Of a stretch of 64,000 bases of DNA, positions 57,313-64,000 are shown piece by piece. The DNA is from an uncultured Pelagibacteraceae bacterium (GTDB lineage Bacteria > Pseudomonadota > Alphaproteobacteria > Pelagibacterales > Pelagibacteraceae). Both the position numbers and the translations under genes were made by a program. Every line of letters starts with the position of its first letter. Position 1 is the first letter of the stretch. The notes under the pieces were generated by a model. The model was not told the origin of the DNA, did not search any database, and saw nothing but the letters and a program-made list of their open reading frames with translations. The DNA lies in contig CACIPP010000002.1 in assembly GCA_902588515.1 (NCBI GenBank), positions 12,810 through 76,809 of the forward strand. The letters are read 5' to 3'.

Positions 57313-59663
57313 ATTTTTCCTCTTCTGATATGAAAAAAAGATAATATTAAAAATAACATAATAGAAATCGGATATACTATTTCTTTTTTAGGGCGATTTA
57401 AATTTTCAATTTTAATTTCATTAATAATATCTCCAGTCTCAATACCCATTTTCTTTGCTTCACCATTCCATTTCAAAGTGTCAATAATCAATTGACTATT
57501 TTTGCTCGCTAAATTTATTCCAACATCTTCAAGCGAATAATTTTTATCGTATTCATTTTTTTTAAACTCAAAAAGTTTATATCTTGGTCCATAGGCTGTC
57601 TCTCTTGTTATTTTAATTTGTAAATCTTTTTCTTTTTGAATATTTAAGCTGTTTAAATTTTCTATAGATAATCTTTGATAGTTGTACTTAGGATAAAATT
57701 TATCCATAATATAATCGGGTCGGAATAAACTCATTGAAATCACTAAAAATAATATAACTTCATACCATTTAAGTTTTTTTATAAACCATCCTTGGCTTGC
57801 TGCAGTAAAAATTAATATTGCTATTAAAGATGTTATCATTACGATTAACGCATGAAACCAACTTTCAATACCTATTAAGAGAAGCTCGTTATTAAATATA
57901 AAAACAATAGGTAAAATTCCAGTTCTTAAACTATACCAAAAGGCTTGTATTCCTGTTTTGATCGGATCAGCTTTCGAAATCGCAGACGCTGCATACGACG
58001 CTAAGCCAACAGGTGGAGTAACATCGGCCATCAACCCGTAATAAAAAACAAATAAATGAATTGCTATCAAAGGAAATATATAGCCAGATGCATTACCGAC
58101 TTCCACGACGACGTTTGCCATTAGAGCAGCTACAACAAGGTAATTTGCTGTTGTTGGAAGCCCCATGCCCAAAATAATACAAAGAAAGGCTGTTAGACCT
58201 AATAAATAAATAATATTTCCACCTGAAATCGCTTCGACTATAATAATCAAATTATTACTTAAGCCAGTTGAGGAAACAGCACCAACAATTATTCCAGCAG
58301 TTGCAATTGCAACAGCAAGACTTATCATATTTATTGCTCCTTTTTCAAAGCCCGCCAGTATTTGGTTTAGACCTGATTTAATAGAGTTAAATAAATTTAA
58401 ATTATTTTTATCTCTATCCAGAATTTGCTTGAAAATAATAATAAGTAGTAAAGAAATTATTGAATAAAAGACCGAGGATGCAGCAGTCCAACGTTGAAAT
58501 AATAATAAATAAATTAAAATAAATATAGGTATCAAAAAATGTATCCCGCCAAAAAAAGTTTTTTTCAAATTTGGAACTTCCTTTTCAGGAAGCCCTTTAA
58601 TATTTAATTTTAAAGACTCCAGATGTGATATGTAAAATAAAGCAATGTAAGATATTACTGCTGGTAAAAAGGCGTGCGTGACGACAGTAAAATATGGAAT
58701 TCCCAAAAGTTCAGCCATCACAAAAGCAGCAGCACCCATTATCGGAGGCATAATCTGACCGTTTACTGAAGCTGCAACTTCTACTGCACCAGCTTTAATT
58801 GCTGGCAAACCTGTTTTCTTCATAATCGGTATTGTAAAAGTTCCAGTTGTAACTGTATTTGCAACTGAGGACCCAGAAATCATACCTGTTAACCCTGATG
58901 CTAATATAGCTGCTTTAGCAGGCCCTCCTCTCATTCGTCCCACTAATGCGAAAGCTAAGTTTAAAAAATATTTACCTCCGCCTGCAGTATCCAATATGGC
59001 TCCAAAAAGAACAAATAAAAATATAAAACTAACAGAAACACTTATTGGTATCCCAAATATAGCCTCACCGCCTAACCAGTGATAACCAACAAGTCTTTTT
59101 AAAGATAAACCAGCATGAGAAATTAATTCTGGCATTTGTCTTCCAAAATACGAAAAGAGTAAAAAAATTATCGCGATGATTACTAACGGCAATCCAATCG
59201 CTCTTCTTGTGGCTTCTAATAATAAGACAATACCAATCCCTCCAATAATTAATTCATATTGAATGTTGAAGCCAAAAATTTTTAATTCTGCTAAAATACC
59301 TTGTCTATTTACCAATCCTTCATAATCAAAAACTAAATATAATGTCACTACTATTGATAGAAAAACAAAAATGAAATCTTTTATACTGATACTACTATTT
59401 ACCAATTTCTTTTTCGATGGATATATTAAGAAACACAATGTTAAACCAAAGCATAAATGAATAGCCCGAGCAGGTACATCTATAAACTGACCAAAATTAA
59501 ATATAAAAGGGAACGGACTAGCATACCATAATTGAAACAACGTCCATGATATGGCAACAATACCTACTAACTTTAAGTTCCAGCCTGATAAATATCTTTT
59601 GGAACTGCTTTCTTCTTCAAAGTTTTTTAAATCTTGATTTTCTGTTGATGAATTATCACTCAT
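57309..59663 (-). CDS. TAXI-type TRAP transporter, fused small/large permease with a C-terminal extra domain
   Basis: 784 aa with many TM helices and the fused DctQ/DctM-like organisation typical of TAXI systems. The C-terminal soluble segment of about 120 aa plus a final TM resembles the DUF3394-type extension. Confidence 0.9.
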   Translation of the reverse strand: MSDNSSTENQDLKNFEEESSSKRYLSGWNLKLVGIVAISWTLFQLWYASPFPFIFNFGQFIDVPARAIHLCFGLTLCFLIYPSKKKLVNSSISIKDFIFVFLSIVVTLYLVFDYEGLVNRQGILAELKIFGFNIQYELIIGGIGIVLLLEATRRAIGLPLVIIAIIFLLFSYFGRQMPELISHAGLSLKRLVGYHWLGGEAIFGIPISVSVSFIFLFVLFGAILDTAGGGKYFLNLAFALVGRMRGGPAKAAILASGLTGMISGSSVANTVTTGTFTIPIMKKTGLPAIKAGAVEVAASVNGQIMPPIMGAAAFVMAELLGIPYFTVVTHAFLPAVISYIALFYISHLESLKLNIKGLPEKEVPNLKKTFFGGIHFLIPIFILIYLLLFQRWTAASSVFYSIISLLLIIIFKQILDRDKNNLNLFNSIKSGLNQILAGFEKGAINMISLAVAIATAGIIVGAVSSTGLSNNLIIIVEAISGGNIIYLLGLTAFLCIILGMGLPTTANYLVVAALMANVVVEVGNASGYIFPLIAIHLFVFYYGLMADVTPPVGLASYAASAISKADPIKTGIQAFWYSLRTGILPIVFIFNNELLLIGIESWFHALIVMITSLIAILIFTAASQGWFIKKLKWYEVILFLVISMSLFRPDYIMDKFYPKYNYQRLSIENLNSLNIQKEKDLQIKITRETAYGPRYKLFEFKKNEYDKNYSLEDVGINLASKNSQLIIDTLKWNGEAKKMGIETGDIINEIKIENLNRPKKEIVYPISIMLFLILSFFHIRRGKI

Positions 59664-59678
59664 AGAAACAAAAAAAAA

Positions 59679-59697
59679 GGCCCAGATTTACTGGGCC
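59679..59697 (-). terminator. Intrinsic terminator/attenuator between the TAXI binding-protein gene and the permease gene
   Basis: The hairpin GGCCCAG-ATTTA-CTGGGCC is followed on the minus-strand transcript by a run of 9 U. It sits in the 49-nt gap between the two transporter genes. Confidence 0.75.
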
Positions 59698-59712
59698 TTT
59701 TTTATGAATGAC

Positions 59713-60711
59713 TTACATTAAGCCTTTTTCTTTATAATATTTTACTGCTCCAGGATGTAATGGCGCAGACAAACCATCTTTGATCATTTTTTTTGGATCA
59801 AGATTTGCAAAAGCAGGATGTTGCTTTTTGAAATCGTCTAAGTTTTCAAAAACTGCTCTTACTACGTTGTAAACCATTTCATCTGAAACTTTTGCACTAG
59901 TTACGACTGATGCCATAACTCCAAAAGTAGTTACATTTTTTTTAGAAGTTTTGTAAGTACCTTTTGGAATAGTTGCAAATGCGTAGAATGGATTATTAGC
60001 TACTAATTTTTTAACTTCAGGAGTCTGAAGATCAATTATGTAAGCTCCACATCCATCTGTAGCTTGAGCTACTCCAGCATTTGGCACACCTACAGTATAT
60101 CCATAAGCATCAATTTTTTTATCACAAAGTGCTCCAGATTGTTCAGAAGAGGTAAGTTCAGATGTAGCACCAAAGTAACTTTTGTTTACTCCATGAGACT
60201 CCATTAAAACTTCAAATGTTCCTCTTTGACCCGATCCAGGGTTTCCGATATTAACTTTTTTTCCTTTTAATGATTTCCAGTCTTTTACTTTTGACCCTTT
60301 TCTAGCAATAATTTGAAAAGGTTCCGGATGAGCAGAAAAAACTGCTCTTAAATCTTTAAAAGGTTTGACTTTTTCTGGCTTACTTGCGTTATACGCATGA
60401 TATTGCCAGTCTGATTGAGCAACTCCAAATTGGAATTCTCCTTGTTGTATCTGACCTATATTGTAAGTAGATCCACCTGTTGATGGAGCGGAACAACGAT
60501 AAGCTTTATCGCCACCTTTTTTTCTACCGTGATCAGAAGATTGAAGCTTTGCAACCATTTTACAAATTGCGTTACCAACTTGGAAATAAACGCCAGTTGG
60601 TCCACCAGTACCTATAGTAAAAAATTCAGCTGACTTAGCAGCAAAATTTAGAGGTAAACTGAATGCAAAAAGTATTAAAGCACTAGATAATGAAGATATT
60701 ATTTTTTTCAT
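59713..60711 (-). CDS. TAXI-family TRAP transporter substrate-binding protein
   Basis: It has a signal peptide and the TAXI hallmark IGTGGPTGVYF..G. The C-terminus shows PLHPGA.KYYKE.G. A strong SD (AAAGGGGGA) precedes the ATG. Confidence 0.9.
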   Translation of the reverse strand: MKKIISSLSSALILFAFSLPLNFAAKSAEFFTIGTGGPTGVYFQVGNAICKMVAKLQSSDHGRKKGGDKAYRCSAPSTGGSTYNIGQIQQGEFQFGVAQSDWQYHAYNASKPEKVKPFKDLRAVFSAHPEPFQIIARKGSKVKDWKSLKGKKVNIGNPGSGQRGTFEVLMESHGVNKSYFGATSELTSSEQSGALCDKKIDAYGYTVGVPNAGVAQATDGCGAYIIDLQTPEVKKLVANNPFYAFATIPKGTYKTSKKNVTTFGVMASVVTSAKVSDEMVYNVVRAVFENLDDFKKQHPAFANLDPKKMIKDGLSAPLHPGAVKYYKEKGLM

Positions 60712-60748
60712 TAATCCCCCTTTGTTTTTTGAATAGGAAAAGTACTAT

Positions 60749-60756
60749 ATTATACA
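60749..60756 (-). promoter_or_regulatory. Candidate extended -10 element (TG-TATAAT) upstream of the TAXI binding-protein gene
   Basis: The minus strand reads TTGTATAAT about 38 nt upstream of the ATG. I see no good -35 element. The call rests on resemblance only. Confidence 0.3.
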
Positions 60757-60792
60757 ATTCTTGACTAATACTATTTTAACTTAAATTTATAG

Positions 60793-62034
60793 TTATTTTG
60801 ACATTTTATTTGACCAATTAATAATTTTATCAATCCCTTCTATAATCTTTGGTGCAAATTTCCTCAAATGCTCATCATTAATGTTTACATCTTTGCTAAC
60901 TGAATTTAAAAATTTTTTTCCATCAAAATCTACGTAACTAAGCCTAAACACTAATTTATCTTTTGGAAATCCAAAGTCACATCCTGGAAGCACTGCAACA
61001 CCTGTATCTTTTAATAATTGATTACACATATCCACCGAGCTTTTAAATCTGTTTTTTAATAATTCTGAAAAATCTGGCATTATATAAAATCCTCCATCTG
61101 GCATGATAACTTTAATTTTATTGGTATTAAATTTTTTATAAGCTTCTAATGCAATTTTTTTCAAAATATTTTTTGATTTAGAGAGATAATCATCTTGATT
61201 ACTATTGTAAGCTTTAATTGCAGCATATTGTATCGGTGCCGATACAGCACTAAATGTTTCAGTGGCTAAATTTGAAATTGTTGTATTTAATTTTTTAAAT
61301 TGATTAGGTATTGCAAAAAAGCCTAGTCTCCAACCTCCTGCACCACACCATTTACTTAATCCATTACTTACAATTGTTCCTTCAGGATAAAAGTGGGAAA
61401 TAGATGAATAATTATCTTGAAAATTTAAATCACTGTAAATTTCGTCAGCCAAAACTATAAAATTATTTTTTTTTAGCCAATTCGATAGCTCTTCTATTTT
61501 TTTTGGATTTGTGCCAGATGGATTATTAGGATAATTCATAATAATCAATTTTTTTTTATTACCTATTTTGTCTGAAATTTCTTTTAGTTTATTTTCTGTT
61601 AAGTGCCATTTATCTTCAAAATTTGTTTCAAGAAAATGAACTTTATTTTTATTTATTATTGCCTGTGGGAAATATGAAACCCAACTTGGAATAGGTAAAA
61701 TGATTTCTCCATCAAAAGCTATTTGAAGTAAAAACATTAATTCTTTTGTTCCGGGTCCAATAATAATGTCATTTTGGTCAAACGAATATTTTTTACCTTT
61801 AAGATTTTTTGCAATTGCTATTCGCAATTCTAATAAACCCTTTGATGGTAAATACTCTTTCTTACTAGCATTATAAGCAAGCTCCTCGACTATGTCTGAT
61901 GGTATAGGAAATGGTGACTGTCCGAAACCAAACTTATAAACCTTAGAACCTTTGCTTTCCAGTTCTTTTGTTTTCTCATTAATGGCTAACGTTGATGAAG
62001 GCTGTAAATTTAAGAGGTGGTTTTTTATATCCAT
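60793..62034 (-). CDS. Class I/II PLP-dependent aminotransferase (aspartate/aromatic aminotransferase-like)
   Basis: It shows the YPNNP.G region and the PLP lysine in SNGLSKWCGAGGWRLGF. The track start at 62037 is a TTG. The ATG is at 62034 (MDIKNHL). Confidence 0.85.
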   Translation of the reverse strand: MDIKNHLLNLQPSSTLAINEKTKELESKGSKVYKFGFGQSPFPIPSDIVEELAYNASKKEYLPSKGLLELRIAIAKNLKGKKYSFDQNDIIIGPGTKELMFLLQIAFDGEIILPIPSWVSYFPQAIINKNKVHFLETNFEDKWHLTENKLKEISDKIGNKKKLIIMNYPNNPSGTNPKKIEELSNWLKKNNFIVLADEIYSDLNFQDNYSSISHFYPEGTIVSNGLSKWCGAGGWRLGFFAIPNQFKKLNTTISNLATETFSAVSAPIQYAAIKAYNSNQDDYLSKSKNILKKIALEAYKKFNTNKIKVIMPDGGFYIMPDFSELLKNRFKSSVDMCNQLLKDTGVAVLPGCDFGFPKDKLVFRLSYVDFDGKKFLNSVSKDVNINDEHLRKFAPKIIEGIDKIINWSNKMSK

Positions 62035-62155
62035 CAATATATTTATAATATTTATTTAAATTACACTAAAAACTAAATTAAATAACTAAAAATTAATTAC
62101 CTTAAATATAGACAATTGGCAGATATTTATTAATTGTGATATTTAATTGAACTAT

Positions 62156-62232
62156 GCGCCCGTAGATCAACTGGATAGATCGTTTGGCTACGGACCAAAA
62201 GGTTGGGAGTTCGAATCTTCCCGGGCGCGCCA
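62156..62232 (+). tRNA. tRNA-Arg (anticodon ACG), CCA encoded
   Basis: I folded it by hand into a 77-nt cloverleaf. The acceptor stem is GCGCCCG/CGGGCGC. The D arm is GATC-AACTGGATA-GATC. The anticodon arm is TTTGG-CTACGGA-CCAAA (ACG). The variable region is AGGTT. The T arm is GGGAG-TTCGAAT-CTTCC. The discriminator is G, followed by CCA. Confidence 0.93.
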
Positions 62233-62275
62233 AAAAATATCTTTAACAAACTTTGTTATAAGATAAGATATTCAT

Positions 62276-62938
62276 ATGAGCTTAAAAAGATCATCTAGTT
62301 TAATATTTTTTACGTTTATAATTTTAATTTTATCTAATTCAAATTCTATCTCTTTAGAGAAAAAAATATTTAATTTTAACGATGGAAATCTAAAAAAATT
62401 TAAAAAACACAGCATCAAAGGCGAAACAAACTATGAAATTATTAAAGAAAATAATAATGCTTATTTAAAGGCTCAAGCCAATGGAACTGCTTCAGGACTT
62501 GGGGTAGAGAAAAAGATAGATTTAAATGAAACACCTTTTTTAAATATTAGTTGGAAGCTAGAAAAAGGCTTAATTGGAATAAACGAAAAATCAAAAAAAG
62601 GACATGACTTTGCCCTCAGGGTTTTTGTTATAAAATCGACAGGTAAGTTACCGTGGAAAAAAAAAGTAATAAACTATGTTTTTTCTAGCAATGAAATTAA
62701 GCAAAGTTCTTGGACAAGCCCTTATACAAAGCAGTCTGTTGACTATGTTTTATCAAGTTTGAAGGATGACAAGCAAAATAAATGGATTAGCGTTAAAACA
62801 AATGTAAAAGAGGATTTTCAAACTATTCACAAACTAAATGTTAATAAGATTGACGGTATTGCAATAATGACCGACACTGATAATAGTAAACAAGAAGCAA
62901 TTGGATACTATAAAGATATATATTTTTCGTCAAAATAA
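62276..62938 (+). CDS. Exported DUF3047-like protein
   Basis: It has a signal peptide (SSLIFFTFIILILSNSNS). The pattern F..........W....I.G.T.Y.........L.A...G.ASGL........T P.L.W.W.........KGHDFALRVFV fits my memory of DUF3047. Confidence 0.55.
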   Translation: MSLKRSSSLIFFTFIILILSNSNSISLEKKIFNFNDGNLKKFKKHSIKGETNYEIIKENNNAYLKAQANGTASGLGVEKKIDLNETPFLNISWKLEKGLIGINEKSKKGHDFALRVFVIKSTGKLPWKKKVINYVFSSNEIKQSSWTSPYTKQSVDYVLSSLKDDKQNKWISVKTNVKEDFQTIHKLNVNKIDGIAIMTDTDNSKQEAIGYYKDIYFSSK

Positions 62939-62951
62939 TAAAATTTAAAAT

Positions 62952-64000
62952 ATGAAGTTTTCGGCCGTCATACCCATCAAAGATTATAATATAAAATTTT
63001 TTGAAGATTTAAAAAATAAAATTCCTGAAATAGAGATAATTTGTGTAACCGAAAATGACTTTAGTAGTGCTGAGCAGCTGAGTAATCATACCCAAAAAAT
63101 TATTAAGATAGATCAAATGTCAAAAATGAATGCTTTTAATGCTGGCGTTGAAGAAGCTCAAAACCAAAATATAATATTTCTAAACGAAAACGATGATATT
63201 AATAAAATACATTTTGAACTTTTAAGTAAAATCAAAAAAAATTCAGTTAATTATTTAGATATTAATCCGGATAAACTCTTGTCACTGGTGATCGATAAAA
63301 ACCTTTTTTATATGCTAAATAAATTTGAAAGCGATAATGCTGATGACATTATACTAAATTTTATTAATAAGTGTAAAATACTAGAAATTGAAGTAAACGA
63401 AATTACAAAACAAATAAAATCTCAAGATTTTAAAGATGACAGTTTTATTAAACGTTCAATTAATGCAATTAAGAACAAAATATTTAAAGGGGGGGATTAT
63501 AAAAAATATGAAAATATTATTTGTTTTGTTTGTTCTGATCCAAAATCGAATGAGAATAAAACTAAAATTAGACAGGAATTAAATAACAACACGCTGATAG
63601 ACAAATATAATGATATCTGTTTAAAAATTACTTCTGAAAATATAAAGAATTGCAAATCATCAAATAATAAAATTGTGGTTATAAATACAAGTTTTACTAA
63701 CACTTATTTAAATGACTATGGACTAAGTGATAATAGTATAATTAATTACCACGGAGAAAGTATTAATAAACTTTTAAGCAATGCTTACGATCTTTGTAAA
63801 ATTTTTGGAAAAAAAATAACAATATGCATTTCGGACTCACCTGAAATTAATCATTTAAACATTCAGGATTGCATAAAAAACCTAAATAAATTTGATACTT
63901 ATTTAATAGAGTCCGATAATGGAAGTATTTGTTGTTTTTCGACAAAATTAAAAACACTAGCTCCAGTTTTAAGCAAAATTACATTTAATATTTCCACTAC
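62952..64000 (+). CDS. Glycosyltransferase-like fusion protein (GT2/TIGR04283-like N-domain plus DUF2064-like second domain), 3' end outside the window
   Basis: It is not in the track because it has no stop in the window. I translated 349 codons from ATG 62952 and found no stop. The N-terminus is MKFSAVIPIKDYN...EIICVTEND...KMNAFNAGVEEAQNQNIIFLNENDD. Later, ICISDSPEINHLNIQDC...YLIESDNGSICCF resembles the D.P......I......L......V..P..DGGY core of DUF2064. Confidence 0.55.
   Translation, partial: MKFSAVIPIKDYNIKFFEDLKNKIPEIEIICVTENDFSSAEQLSNHTQKIIKIDQMSKMNAFNAGVEEAQNQNIIFLNENDDINKIHFELLSKIKKNSVNYLDINPDKLLSLVIDKNLFYMLNKFESDNADDIILNFINKCKILEIEVNEITKQIKSQDFKDDSFIKRSINAIKNKIFKGGDYKKYENIICFVCSDPKSNENKTKIRQELNNNTLIDKYNDICLKITSENIKNCKSSNNKIVVINTSFTNTYLNDYGLSDNSIINYHGESINKLLSNAYDLCKIFGKKITICISDSPEINHLNIQDCIKNLNKFDTYLIESDNGSICCFSTKLKTLAPVLSKITFNIST

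Noticed and set aside
63497-63703. A 68-aa minus-strand ORF near the window end.
   Set aside because: It lies antisense inside the long open-ended plus-strand ORF, which I translated without stops from 62952.
62233-64000. An integrated element at tRNA-Arg, which would show a direct repeat of the tRNA 3' end or integrase genes.
   Set aside because: There is no copy of the GC-rich tRNA 3' segment downstream within the window. I saw no integrase or transposase-like ORF. Only a change in gene content was noted.

Overview
This is a very AT-rich, extremely gene-dense bacterial chromosome segment. Most intergenic gaps are under 130 nt, and many neighbouring genes overlap by 1, 4 or 8 nt (ATGA/TAATG type). 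Gene content is alphaproteobacterial, and composition, compactness and gene set look SAR11/Pelagibacter-like. That assignment is an inference from the sequence, not a database hit.

The window is mostly core housekeeping:
- Fatty acid and cofactor genes: fabB'-fabA, dut, coaBC, ubiB, ubiE, mutM.
- Replication block: rpsT-dnaA-dnaN-recF-gyrB, plus polA further on.
- A RegB/RegA two-component pair split by a four-gene polyamine operon (ODC-fold decarboxylase, deoxyhypusine-synthase-like enzyme, N-carbamoylputrescine amidase, agmatine deiminase).
- bioY with an ABC ATPase, a ChvI/ChvG-like pair, ahcY, tsaE-amgK-murU-like genes, gpmA, cutA.
- An F1-ATPase zeta-inhibitor-like protein, a secreted SNase-like nuclease, an RND efflux pair, sseA, and a purine salvage pair.
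- gshA-gshB, a small heat-shock protein, oligopeptidase B, and a Pam18/Tim14-like membrane J-protein.
- metY behind a candidate SAM-II/SAM-V-type riboswitch, nadB, a TAXI-type TRAP transporter, and an aminotransferase.
- tRNA-Arg(ACG), followed by DUF3047 and a glycosyltransferase-like fusion ORF that runs off the window.

The ORF track extends many ORFs to upstream TTG/GTG codons. I corrected about 17 starts to in-frame ATGs that remove implausible overlaps. Three coding regions are missing from the track: the fabB 5' part, a 53-aa C4 zinc-ribbon ORF, and the open-ended 3' ORF.

I found no rRNA, CRISPR array, IS or transposon, phage genes or toxin-antitoxin pairs. I see no convincing undescribed multi-gene system. 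The items most worth follow-up are small-scale:
- the regB | polyamine operon | regA arrangement;
- the metY leader RNA and its alternative pairings;
- a minimal ROSE-like SD hairpin ahead of hsp20;
- the unlisted zinc-ribbon ORF;
- a polybasic coiled-coil protein;
- the ATPase-BioY pair without a T component;
- a hairpin-embedded 13-codon ORF with a strong SD;
- the tRNA-flanked DUF3047/glycosyltransferase region.
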